Assembly: GCA_002269645.1 (NCBI GenBank)
Contig: NIVC01002548.1
Span: 1-64,000 of the forward strand
Length of the DNA stretch: 64,000 nt
Direction: 5' to 3'
Origin: Macrostomum lignano
Taxonomy: Eukaryota
Shown here: positions 21,481-39,959 of the stretch, piece by piece
How the letters are laid out: every line of letters starts with the position of its first letter
Numbering within the stretch: the first letter of the stretch is position 1
Made by a program: the position numbers and the translations under genes
Notes under the pieces: generated by a model
The model's input: the letters and a program-made list of their open reading frames with translations, nothing else
The model's database searches: none
Told to the model about the DNA's origin: nothing

Positions 21481-22430
21481 ATGAAAATAAGAATATTCCA
21501 CTTTACCTACGCGTTGCCTTTACTACTACTAAAAGTAGGTGAGAAAAAATTTCTGATTGCTTTAAATTCCAAAAGCTGGACGCTTGTTAAAATAATCTGG
21601 AATCAAAGATTGCATTTTATTTTGTTGGGTGCCTGCAGGCATGCGATTGAGTGGAGGAGGTGCTCAATGCTTTGGAAAAATCGGATGTGTTTCCTAGCAA
21701 ACAAAATGCTACAATATGATCATAATAAATTACAGAATGTGAGCTGTGCTAAATTGCTTGAGTAAATAAGGTGACAGAGAATCTTTTCAGATGTGCAGTC
21801 TCTTCTTCATCGTCGATAGACAGTTCTCATCACTATGACCATACTCATCACTATGACCATACTCATCACTATAACCATACTCATCCCCATGATCATCCTC
21901 ATCACTATGACCATACTCATCCTCATGACCATCTTCATCACCATGGCCATCCTCATCACTATAACCATACTCATCACTATAACCATACTCATCACTATGA
22001 CCATACTCATCACTATGACCATACTCATCACCATGACCATAGTCATCACCATGACCATAGTCATCACCATGACCATACTCATCACCATGACCATAGTCAT
22101 CACCATGACCATAGTCATCACCATGACCATACTCATCACTATGACCATACTCATAAACATGACCATACTCATCACTATAACCATACTCATCACTATAACC
22201 ATACTCATCACTATAACCATACTCATCACTATAGCCATATTCATCACCATGACCATAGTCATCACCATGACCATACTCATCACTATAACCATACTTATCA
22301 CTATAACCATACTCATCACTATGACTATACTCATCACCATAACCATACTAAGAAAATTTGCATCACCATCAATAGGATCCTTCCCAATGAACACCAGAAA
22401 AGCTTTACGAGTCCAGGTAGTATTTGCTAG
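21481..22430 (+). CDS. Candidate secreted His-rich repeat protein (exons 21481-21538, 21799-22430; 229 aa)
   Basis: MKIRIFHFTYALPLLLLKV G|GTGAGA joined to gtgcag|TC gives a signal-like N-terminus plus (HHYDHT)n; AATAAA at 22460-22465. The model needs the second AG (21798) rather than the stronger AG at 21790, so it may just be an 18-bp minisatellite. Confidence 0.33.
21820..22350. repeat. 18-bp tandem repeat (CATCACTATGACCATACT)n
   Basis: About 29 copies; stop-free in several frames. Confidence 0.95.
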
Positions 22431-22532
22431 AGCTTGCATGCCTATAACAAAATTTGATCAATAAACGTCTGGGATCACTACTGCCTGCATCCCATTATAG
22501 CAGGACCCCCCACAGAGTGACCGAGCGACTTC

Positions 22533-25133
22533 CTAGGCCAGACTGAAGTGCAGCTCCGTATTTGCCGGCAGCGCGGCCCGGGCGCCGAGAACCGCGTGCG
22601 GCGACACGCTGCAGCCCAGCAGGTTGAGGTAGACTAGATTCGGGCATCCGTTGGTTGCTAAGGCCGACAGGCCCTGTTGAAATGGAATCAAAATAACAAT
22701 TATAACATGAAGATTCGTGAAGGTACCGTGATATTCACGCAATCGCATTGCAACTCTCACCCCACTGATCCATGACGCAATTTCATTGCAACTCTCACCC
22801 ACCTGATCTATGACGCAATCGCATTGCAACTCTCACCTGATCCATGACGCAATTGCATTGCAACTCTCACCCACCTTATCTATGACGCAATCGCATTGCA
22901 ACTCTCACCTGATCCATGACGCAATTGCATTGCAACTCTCACCCACCTGATCTATGACGCAATCGCATTGCAACTCTCACTTGATCCATGACGCAATTGC
23001 ATTGCAACTCTCACCCACCTGATCCATTACGCAATCGCATTGCAACTCTCCCCTGATCCATGACGCAATTGCATTGCAACTCTCACCCACCTGATCAATT
23101 ACGCAATCGCATTGCAACTCTCACCCACCTAATCCATTATGCAATCGCATTGCATCTTTCACCTGATCCATGACGCAATTGCATTGCAACTCTCACCCAC
23201 CTGACCTATGACGCAATCGCATTGCAACTCTCACTTGATCCATGACGCAATTGCATTGCAACTCTCACCCACCTGATCCATTACGCAATCGTAGTGCAAC
23301 TCTCACCCACCTGATCTATGACGCAATCGCATTGCAACTCTCACTTGATCCATGACGCAATCACATTGCAACTCCCACCCATCTGATCCGTGGAGCGATC
23401 GCATTGCAACTCTCACCCACCTGATCCATTACGCAATCGCATTGCAACTCCCACCCATCTGATCCGTGGAGCGATCGCATTGCAACTCTCAACTGATCCA
23501 TGATGCAATCGCATTTGCAACTCTCACCCACCTGATCCGTGACGCAGTCGCATCCGCGAAGGGTCAGTCGGGTGAGTCTGGCTGAGCAGCCGCCAGCGCT
23601 TGCCAGTGCAGAGACGGCGTCATCCGTGACGTCGCAGCCGCCGAAGTCCAGCTCCAGCGGCGGCCCGGCCGGCCCGAGTCCGCGAGCGAGCCGTTCGACG
23701 CCCAAATCGGTGACGCGTCGGCAATCGCGGAGGCTCAGCTGCCGCAGGTTGGTCGCTCGGATCGCGATGTGAAAGAGGACTTCGTTGTTGATCTGAGAGC
23801 GATTGTTTGGTTACGATTGGCATCTTGCATCGTTAAAACTTGATGTATATTGAAGTTTGATTGCAAAGTGTTCTCAAACTAATTTGCGCTGAAACTCTTA
23901 GGTTTTATAAATAAAGTTCGATTTAAAAGACTGTAGTCTTAGCTCGTGTTCTGTTTTGGTAGATGTTTTTATCGGCTCTCTCAGTCTCTGGCCAGACCCC
24001 TCTAGGTGGAAGGTCCGCTAGACGCGAGCAGAAAGGTGGGTCTGCTGTTTCCATACTTGCGGAGAATATGACAATGAAGCCTCCATATCCTGTACAGCGA
24101 CGTTCAGCCGAAGTATGACGTCGATATCCATCGATTTAATGTAAAAGTACACGTCTGTCAGCGACGATGCTATGCTAGACGTGTGCAGTCATTCACTCCA
24201 AGGTTCAGTGACTGGTGGACTCCCTGAAGGCTGGGTGCAGCGAATCAGACGCACGCACACACAACACAGCACACAACAGCAGGGCAAGCAATGAGGACTT
24301 ACACCCTCGCAGCGGACCAGAGCCAGACTTCGCAGCCTTCGTCCGCACCGTCGCAGCAGCCGCTCCAAGCCGATTTCGCTGATCTCACGGCCGCTGTCGG
24401 CAAGCCGGAGCTCGCGGAGGCCGGGGCAGCCGCCGCCGGAGCCCAGCGCCGCCAGGCCGCTGTCGGTAACATTCGGGCAGCGGCGCAGGCAAAGGCGGCT
24501 GAGGCGCGGGCACATTCCATCGCCGAGGGCGCGCAGGCCAGAGTCGTCGACGCCGCGACAGTCGGCAACTTCGAGGCTGATAAGACGCGGCGCCGTCACC
24601 GGCAGGGCCAGGGTGACGCCGTGACAGGCCGCCAAGCGCAGATGGCGAAGGCGCTGGCAGCCGTGGAGCAGCTCGCGGGCGCCGAGCGCTGTCAGGCGCG
24701 GACAGGCGCGAAACGCGGCTCGCTGGAGACGCGGGCACCGGGAGCCAAGCAAGCTGAGCGCCCTGTCGGTCAGGGTGATGGAATTCGCCACGCTGACTCG
24801 AAGCAGGCCCAAGCAGTGCGGGTAGCTGGCGTAGCTGAGAATCTTCGTCACGCTGTCGATGGCCGCGTTGGCATCCAGGCGAGGATCGTGCAGCTCCAGG
24901 CCGGTCCACAGAGCCGGGTGCCAGGCGAGGCGGTACCAGGAGCGGCAGACGGCGGCGCAGCGGCACAGCTGAGGCGAGTCCAGGTAGCTGAAAGCCAGCA
25001 GGAGGACTCGGTCTGGCAGCTGCGGCTGCGCTGGCTCCTTCCGCTGCTGTTCCGGAGCCAGCGCATGCACTTTCCCGACGGGTTCAGCGCTGTCGCTTGG
25101 CAGTCCTTGACGTTCGCCTGTGGCTCTGCTCAT
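22533..25133 (-). CDS. FBXL7: F-box and leucine-rich repeat protein, FBXL7-like, 410 aa, exons 25133-24303, 23792-23532, 22673-22533
   Basis: F-box LPDRVLLLAFSYLDSPQLCRCAAVCRSWYRLAWHPALW (FBXL7-type LAW.P.LW), Cys-containing LRRs (L..C..VTD.GL..L); GT-AG introns all phase 0; probable 78-nt 5'UTR intron 25247-25170. Confidence 0.9.
22735..23531 (-). repeat. 38/34-bp minisatellite made of FBXL7 exon 2 end plus donor site
   Basis: Unit TGCGATTGCGTCATGGATCAG|GTGGGTGAGAGTTGCAA versus the true junction TGCGACTGCGTCACGGATCAG|GTGGGTGAGAGTTGCAA; about 22 copies. Confidence 0.92.
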
Positions 25134-25552
25134 GACATATGGTTTGGCAACTTTTTTGTTACTTTGTAGCTATTAAAAGAATTCCTTATAAAATTTACTA
25201 AAAGCATAAGTGAGACTTGTCAAAATCAAGGGAGCTGAAGTACGTACCTAAGCTTATACTGCCTAATTGCATTTTCATGATTTAACTCCTACCCTTCAAG
25301 TGACTAGATAAGACGGGCGCTAGTCAGTCGGGTGATGTATATCTATTGTGGTCCTGAATGTACGATGAATACCTACAACCACCAAGAAAGCTTTTGTGTG
25401 GCTGTTTGTGCATTTATCGTATCACTTATCTGAATAGTTTGAGAATGGAGTCAGTTGAGGGCAACAGATACACATGCGCATATTCAGCCCTCCCCACAGA
25501 TTCTATATTACCGACATGTCCCTAATGTACTTGGCAGCCGTCTCCGAGGCCC

Positions 25553-25648
25553 CGAAAACCCAGGGGTTTCGGCCATAGACACCAGCTGCTGCTAATGTCT
25601 TAAGAGCGGCAGAAGCAACAGTCTATGGTCAAAACCCCGGGGTTTTCG
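25553..25648. repeat. 28-bp imperfect inverted repeat with 40-bp spacer
   Basis: CGAAAACCCAGGGGTTTCGGCCATAGAC (25553-25580) versus GTCTATGGTCAAAACCCCGGGGTTTTCG (25621-25648). Confidence 0.7.
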
Positions 25649-25757
25649 CGCTGCCACCAGTCTGCTGAAGTGGGCAATTTAGGTAATATAATCTGAGGCT
25701 TAACCACTAGAGTAACTAACTAAACTAACTAATCCGAAGCCAAGGGAAGCAAGTATC

Positions 25758-26524
25758 GCTTTTGTCGATCTAAATGGGAATTTGGACAATCAAAGCGGGA
25801 CGCCATAGACATTCAAGCCAGGCCACAGCTCACACTCTAGTCATGGACTCAAGCAGTTTAGCAAAGTCTACTGAGGGAGCCTTGGCCATAGACTATAACT
25901 TTGGACATTCAATAGGGGAAAAAGCCATTCAAAACGGGAATCGGACTGAGATTTCATCATAGCTCTCTGTCCCTCTCTCCCCTGTTTGCTCGTCTTTGGC
26001 CTGAAAGCGACCCCCATTCAATGGCGCCACCAATTCTTGCAGCAGATTGCCAGCGGCTGATTGATGCGATTGAACAAAGGTCATCCATCGCATGAGCTGC
26101 AAGAATCGTGCAAACAACCGCATTCTGAATCGCTGCCAACTTTCGACTCGATGGCAGAGTGCAGAATCCCTTCCACGCGGTGGTCGGAAAGAAGGATTGT
26201 GCAAGGCCGGTCAGGAAATGAGAGAATTCTTCGTTGAGAAACTCGATGAAATTCCTTTCCTGACGCTCAAGGAGTTCTGACTTAATTTTGTTTTGCTTTC
26301 TGTAACGAACACTTTGTTCACTTTTAAATATTTCAGTGGCCCAGAGATATAAAGAGTACATCAAGTTGGGTGAATTCCAGTTTTAAATGGCTTTTTCCCA
26401 TTTCGATTGTCCATTCCACAATCTATGGTTGTGTATTCCCAAGCAGCCCAAGTCTGTGGCCTGGCTTGAATGTCTATGGCGTCCCGTCTTGATTGTCCGA
26501 ATTCCAATTTAGATCGTCAAAAGC
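25758..26524. mobile_element. Non-autonomous DNA transposon / MITE-like element with 71-bp TIRs
   Basis: 25758-25828 and 26454-26524 are reverse complements at 66 of 71 positions; interior lacks a recognisable transposase; TSD unresolved. Confidence 0.78.
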
Positions 26525-26553
26525 AAGTAGTGCCCCCCGCTAGACCAAGTGAG

Positions 26554-30420
<3,867 letters not shown>

Positions 30421-31091
30421 TCTTGTTAGGAAAACTGCAGACTCTCGCCTAACTGACTTGCTTGGACAGATAGAAGGACAATAATTGCTTTTGCGTCATG
30501 CTTTATATCTCTAAAAAACGATCTCGGTCTCCGTCCGCTCTAGCAAGCATGCAAACTCGACTCAATCATCTTTCTCTCACCTTTATTGTTGGTTGGTTGG
30601 TTTGCTTCTCTGCCAGTGGATGCGTGCAGGGGTTGGGTAGATGGTATCTAGCTAAAGCAGTAAAGTGTTGGGTCAGTGTGGCCTGCTAGTGCGTGTAATT
30701 AAAACTGTTAAAGCAGCTATGAGTTTCTTGTCCTACAGAACCCTAGCGGTTAAGTGTGACGCTTTTTTACAACACAATGCAGTTTCACAGGGAATGCAGT
30801 TCTTTGCTAAAAGTACACCCAGTAGCTAAAGCAGAGAGCTGGTATGTAAAATTTGTCAATGCCGCTTTGTTACTATGAGGAGCTGTCAGTGGGAGGACAC
30901 GGTAATCCTGTTAATCTGACTGTGCGACCTCTTGCATTGTTTCTCTTGTAAAGAAGATCGGTTTTTAGATTTTGTGATTTTGCCGCTTTCCTCGGGTTTC
31001 TTGTGCGCTCTGGTAATGCATGTCAACTGTGACTGTCCCAGTGTCTGCATCTGCCTTATAGTCAATCTGTTTCAGTGTGTCCGTCTTAGCG

Positions 31092-32685
<1,594 letters not shown>

Positions 32686-33693
32686 CTCCGCAGCGCCTCC
32701 CTTGCGGTCCCTACCAGTCTGTCTACTTCCGTTGCGGAAAGCCTCCCAGCTGTGTTTACTGGCCTCAACCATTCACAGAATAAAAACGAGACAGACCTCA
32801 CTGCAGACCTGTCGCGCACAGCTTGGCGCTCAAATTGCTAATGGAGTTTACAGATTTTTTCGCGCTCAATCTTAGCTTGGCCTGCATGGCTGGATAGAAC
32901 ATTTGCCTTGAGCCTCAAGAGAAAGATAATAAAGGCGGCAACGATTCAAGTTCGCACCTGGCTCGGAAGCCTGAGCTGCCCAGCTACCCGGGAGGGTGTG
33001 GCTCTGCCAATTAAATTCATTAAAAAGAAACAGCCAACAACTAAAGGTCAGCACAGTTTGAAAAGCAGAACCTAAAGTACAAACAGGTAAACCTCACCTG
33101 GTCTAATGACACGAAGCAATTAGCAATCAATTCCAACAGATGCGGATGAGATAATCCAGAGCTTCGATCTGGTCAGCTTTTAACTCTTGTCGGTGTTCGC
33201 CATGCGCTGTGTCAGAACTGAGCCAATGGCAACTGGTGAGAACCAGTCATCCCTACCCCCCAGATTCATGAATGCATACACTTCATGACGCGTGTCTGAA
33301 GTTATTACAATTTTTCTACAGCTAAATAACTGCCAGTTTCCTTCGCTAAGTTTCTTTTATTGCTTTATGAGAGCTGGCAGTAACAGCTTTGAGAATACAG
33401 ACTTAAGTGACTGGGTGGGGGAGACTGGGGTAGCAACTGTTCACACTTGCATCAGAAAGATTCCCGTAACTAGAAGCCTGACATGTGCCAACAGAGCAGC
33501 AAAACAGTTCTGCATTTCAGCTTTACTTTGGGAATTAATCATCTGCTTTTGCCAGGGCATTGGTAGAGCCTTTGCGGTTAATTAACAATCCATATTTCTT
33601 CACCTGGGAACCTAAAACAAATTATATCCTCATATTCTGCTCTTGAGAGTAGACTAGTAAGGACTTTTGTCAAGGAAAAGAATTCGAAATCGT

Positions 33694-34950
33694 ATCTGGG
33701 ATCTAGGATCTGGGATCTAGGATCTGGGATCTAGGATCTGGGATCTAGGATCTGGGATCTAGGATCTGGGATCTAGGATCTGGGATCTAGGATCTGGGAT
33801 CTAGGATCTGGGATCTAGGATCTGGGATCTAGGATCTGGGATCTAGGATCTGGGATCTAGGATCTGGGATCTAGGATCTGGGATCTAGGATCTGGGATCT
33901 AGGATCTGGGATCTAGGATCTGGGATCTAGGATCTGGGATCTAGGATCTGGGATCTAGGATCTGGGATCTAGGATCTGGGATCTAGGATCTGGGATCTAG
34001 GATCTGGGATCTAGGATCTGGGATCTAGGATCTGGGATCTAGGATCTGGGATCTAGGATCTGGGATCTAGGATCTGGGATCTAGGATCTGGGATCTAGGA
34101 TCTGGGATCTAGGATCTGGGATCTAGGATCTGGGATCTAGGATCTGGGATCTAGGATCTGGGATCTAGGATCTGGGATCTAGGATCTGGGATCTAGGATC
34201 TGGGATCTAGGATCTGGGATCTAGGATCTGGGATCTAGGATCTGGGATCTAGGATCTGGGATCTAGGATCTGGGATCTAGGATCTGGGATCTAGGATCTG
34301 GGATCTAGGATCTGGGATCTAGGATCTGGGATCTAGGATCTGGGATCTAGGATCTGGGATCTAGGATCTGGGATCTAGGATCTGGGATCTAGGATCTGGG
34401 ATCTAGGATCTGGGATCTAGGATCTGGGATCTAGGATCTGGGATCTAGGATCTGGGATCTAGGATCTGGGATCTAGGATCTGGGATCTAGGATCTGGGAT
34501 CTAGGATCTGGGATCTAGGATCTGGGATCTAGGATCTGGGATCTAGGATCTGGGATCTAGGATCTGGGATCTAGGATCTGGGATCTAGGATCTGGGATCT
34601 AGGATCTGGGATCTAGGATCTGGGATCTAGGATCTGGGATCTAGGATCTGGGATCTAGGATCTGGGATCTAGGATCTGGGATCTAGGATCTGGGATCTAG
34701 GATCTGGGATCTAGGATCTGGGATCTAGGATCTGGGATCTAGGATCTGGGATCTAGGATCTGGGATCTAGGATCTGGGATCTAGGATCTGGGATCTAGGA
34801 TCTGGGATCTAGGATCTGGGATCTAGGATCTGGGATCTAGGATCTGGGATCTAGGATCTGGGATCTAGGATCTGGGATCTAGGATCTGGGATCTAGGATC
34901 TGGGATCTAGGATCTGGGATCTAGGATCTAGGATCTGGGATCTGGGATCT
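33694..34950. repeat. Near-perfect 14-bp array (GGATCTGGGATCTA)n
   Basis: About 89 copies with no visible internal variants until the last units. Confidence 0.97.
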
Positions 34951-35454
34951 ATCTGTGTAGTTGTGCACATACGACCCCGTATATTTTTTTCTGAATCTGC
35001 ACTCATCCAACCACAACACGTATATGCATTGGCATCCGTCTACAGTTGGATCACCAGTTTAAAAATTCGTACTCAAAGTTTAAAGAGTTGCATCAGCAAA
35101 TCGCAAAACCTTTCCATTTGATGAAACGTGATTAAAAGCTAAAAATGTCCACTTTATCGACAAAATTGTCAAGAGGACTGGTGAATCAATGTACCAATAA
35201 TTGGTGCTCTCGTCCTGCAGGTAAGGAACTCGAGCCATACTGTCATTTCCTCGCTAGACTGGGTCCTGAAAATAAGTCTTTACTCCCTATGAGTGCGCGC
35301 ACTTTAAAGCAGCAAAAACAGATTTCCGAGCTTGCCTGTTCTGTAATGTTTCAATAGTGAGGAAGATGTGATATTTATCGAATGCATGCTTTTCTTTCGT
35401 ACTCAGATAATTGAGGTCAATATAGGAGTCTGCCTGCTTTAGTGCATGCCTGTC

Positions 35455-35810
<356 letters not shown>

Positions 35811-36194
35811 CGGCCTCTCTAAAAATATTTGAGTGCAGCGAGGACGCCTGTTTCGCACCTGTTCGAACCGGCTCTGTCCGACTCTCACCTGGATTGCAAA
35901 GTTACCCCACATACGTTCAAATTTACAATTTTACTCAAAGAGACCAGGAAACGTTTAAAAAGCAGCTCAAAGGAACAAAATAAGAAAGCAAAATGTTTTT
36001 TCCAGACACATAGGCCTCAGCAGCGGTGGAACAAACAGCTCTTAGTGCTGTAACCTGATTGATACCTAGGGGAGTGGTGAATTTGCCTAATTGCATTGGT
36101 AGCCATGGGTGTATTCTTTCACTGAAGTAAACAAAGAGAGGAGGTTGCTCAAAATCTAAAAATAATCTCCCTCCTATCTACTTTGAACTTTACT

Positions 36195-36830
36195 CTCCCT
36201 TCTCTCCTCTCCTCTCGTCTCACTTCTCTCTCCTCTCCTCTCTCCTCTCCTCTCGTCTCACTTCTCTCTCCTCTCCTCTCTCCTCTCCTCTCGTCTCACT
36301 TCTCTCTCCTCTCCTCTCTCCTCTCCTCTCGTCTCACTTCTCTCTCCTCTCCTCTCTCCTCTCCTCTCGTCTCACTTCTCTCTCCTCTCCTCTCTCCTCT
36401 CCTCTCGTCTCACTTCTCTCTCCTCTCCTCTCGTCTCACTTCTCTCTCCTCTCTCCTCTCCTCTCGGCTCACTTCTCTCTCCTCTCTCCTCTCCTCTCGG
36501 CTCACTTCTCTCTCCTCTCCTCTCGTCTCACTTTTTTCTCCTATCCTCTCGGCTCACTTCTCTCTCCTCTCTCCTCTCCTCTCGGCTCACTTCTCTCTCC
36601 TCTCTCCTCTCCTCTCGGCTCACTTCTCTCTCCTCTCTCCTCTCCTCTCGGCTCACTTCTCTCTCCTCTCTCCTCTCCTCTCGGCTCACTTCTCTCTCCT
36701 CTCTCCTCTCCTCTCGGCTCACTTCTCTCTCCTCTCCTCTCGTCTCACTTCTTTCTCCTCTCCTCTCGTCTCACTTCTCTCTCCCCCTCTCCCCCTGCCT
36801 TCTCTTATCTCCCCCTCTCTTCTCTCCCTC
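36195..36830. repeat. CT-rich repeat (CTCTCCTCTCGTCTCACTT-type)
   Basis: Direct reading. Confidence 0.92.
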
Positions 36831-37369
36831 TTCCACTCTCCTCTTTCTGCTCATCTCTCTAATCTCATTCTCCTCTATCCTCTCTCCTCTCTGCTTCTCA
36901 GAGAGCATTTCTACTCTCCTTCCTCATTTTCTGCCTGTCTGTCCTGTGCCTCTCTCCCCTAATCGCGTGGATGTGGTAGCCTGCAGGCTATTACAGGTAT
37001 TAGTTTAATATTCGGAAATGCACAACTTAAGACCCTCAATCAACCGAGTGAGTCTTTCATGCGTGCAGGCCTCGATCTGGAGATCATTCAGCCGACAATG
37101 AGCAGATGGCGAAATCGGAGACTCTAGCAGGAGATGTTCTCTTCTGCCTTGTCAAGCTTGAGCAAAATGGCAAGTATTAGCTGGATGAGTAAGTTTTCAG
37201 TTGAATGCCTCATGAGATGAGTTCCTCATGCCAACTAAAAAGGCCTGTGTCTCAGTGCCACAAGCCATTGCTGGCTAAAGTATAAACCTTAAAAGTGTAG
37301 TGATCGAAAAAGTTCCCCGAACCCAGTTTAAGCGTTCGATTCTTCCCAAATTCAAAATTCTCATTTGAA

Positions 37370-39470
37370 AACTTCAAATTGCAATCACAAAGCTCTTCAA
37401 ATTCCAATCACAAAGCTCCAAATTCTAATCACAAAGCTCTAACTTCCAATCACAAAGCTCTTCAAATTCCAATCACAAAGCTCCAAATTCTAATCACAAA
37501 GCTCTAACTTCCAATCACAAAGCTCTTCAAATTCCAATCACAAAGCTCCAAATTCTAATCACAAAGCTCTAACTTCCAATCACAAAGCTCTTCAAATTCC
37601 AATCACAAAGCTCCAAATTCTAATCACAAAGCTCTAACTTCCAATCACAAAGCTCTTCAAATTCCAATCACAAAGCTCCAAATTCTAATCACAAAGCTCT
37701 AACTTCCAATCACAAAGCTCTTCAAATTCCAATCACAAAGCTCCAAATTCTAATCACAAAGCTCTAACTTCCAATCACAAAGCTCTTCAAATTCCAATCA
37801 CAAAGCTCCAAATTCTAATCACAAAGCTCTAACTTCCAATCACAAAGCTCTTCAAATTCCAATCACAAAGCTCCAAATTCTAATCACAAAGCTCTAACTT
37901 CCAATCACAAAGCTCTTCAAATTCCAATCACAAAGCTCCAAATTCTAATCACAAAGCTCTAACTTCCAATCACAAAGCTCTTCAAATTCCAATCACAAAG
38001 CTCCAAATTCTAATCACAAAGCTCTAACTTCCAATCACAAAGCTCTTCAAATTCCAATCACAAAGCTATTCGAATTTTAATCACAAAGCTCCAAATTTCA
38101 ATCACTAAACTCCAAATTCGGATCACAAAGCTCCAAATTCCAAGCACAAAGCTCCAAATTCCAAGCACAAAGCTCCAAATTCCGATCACAAAGCTCCAAA
38201 TTCCAAGCACAAAGCTCCAAATTCCAAGCACAAAGCTCCAAATTCCAAGCACAAAGCTCCAAATTCCGATCACAAAGCTCCAAATTCCAAGCACAAAGCT
38301 CCAAATTCCAAGCACAAAGCTCCAAATTCCAAGCACAAAGCTCCAAATTCCGATCACAAAGCTCCAAATTCCAAGCAAAAAGCTCCAAATTCCAAGCACA
38401 AAGCTCCAAATTCCAAGCACAAAGCTCCAAATTCCGATCACAAAGCTCCAAATTCCAAGCACAAAGCTCCAAATTCCAAGCACAAAGCTCCAAATTCCAA
38501 GCACAAAGCTCCAAATTCCAAGCACAAAGCTCCAAATTCCAAGCACAAAGCTCCAAATTCCAAGCACAAAGCTCCAAATTCCAATCACAAAGCTCCAAAT
38601 TCCAATCACAAAGCTCCAAATTCCAATCACAAAGCTCCAAATTCCAATCACAAAGCTCCAAATTCCAATCACAAAGCTCCGAATTCCAATCACAAAGCTC
38701 CGAATTCCAATCACAAAGCTCTCCTAATTCTAATCACAAAGCTCCAAATTCCAATTTTGAAGCTCCAAATTCCAATCAAAAAACTCCAAATTCTAATCAC
38801 AAAGCTCCAAATTTCAATTTCGAAGCTCCAAATTCCAATAAAAAAACTCCAAATTCTAATCATAAAGCTCCAAATTCCAATCATAAAACTCCAAATTCTA
38901 ATCATAAAGCTCCAAATTCCAATCCCCAAGCTCTTCAAATTCCAATCACAAAACTCGCAAAATTCCAATCACAAAGCTCCAAATTCCAATCAAAAAGCTT
39001 CAAATTCCAATCACAAAGCTCCAAATTCCAATCACAACGCTCTCCAAATTCCAATCACAAAGCTCTCCGAATTCCAATCACAAAATTCCAAATTCCAATC
39101 ACAAAGCTCCGAATTCCAATCACAAAACTCTCCAAATTTCAATCACAAAGCTCCAAATTCCAATCACAAAGCTCTAAATTCCATTCATAAAGCTCCAAAT
39201 TCCAATCACAAAGCTCCAAATTCCAATCACAAAGCTCCAAATTCCAATCACAAAGCTTTAAGTTCCAATCACAAAGCTCCAAATTCCAATCACAAAGCTC
39301 CAAATTACAATTATAAAGCTCCAAATTCCAATCCCAAGGCTCCAAATTCCAATCATAAAGCTCCAAATTCCAATCACAAAGCTCCAAATTCCAATCACAA
39401 AGCTCCAAATTCCAATCACAAAGCTCCAAATTCCAATCACAAAGCTCCAAATTCCAATCACAAGCTCTAA
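37370..39470. repeat. 21-bp satellite (AATTCCAATCACAAAGCTCCA)n with a 65-bp higher-order block
   Basis: About 37390-38065 is a 21+21+23 trimer (AACTTCC recurs at 37441 and 37506); monomeric thereafter. Confidence 0.94.
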
Positions 39471-39959
39471 AATTATCGCAAAGCTTCCTAATTCCAAATA
39501 AAGTACTCGAAATCTTGTCCGAAGTCTATAAAAACTTATACCCTGGTCCCGGTGCAAAATGTATTCAGTACTTATCCAATTCCGCTCTCATTAAAGCGCA
39601 AGAAAATCCTGCTGCTTGGTAAATCAGAACCGCGTCTTCATCAGTGCTGAATAACATTTCAGACTGCAGCGCAGGGACCGCGGCAGCCTTGCATGTGGTA
39701 TGTCAGACAATATTTACACAACTCCCAGTGAAAGCGAGAGGAGAGTGCACTATTATTAAACGAAGGGTTCGCAGGCTGAGGCGAGCTGCTTAGAGCGTTT
39801 CAACACCAAAACACCAGGCGGCGTTAACTGAGACAAAAGTACTTTAACAGGAAACAGGCATCAAGCCTTGTGGGTCGAGAATGAAGGTGACAGTCAGATA
39901 TTCTGTGGCGGCATCGTCGCTTCAAAGCAATGGGCTGGCCCCAGCTTTCCTGATCTAAC

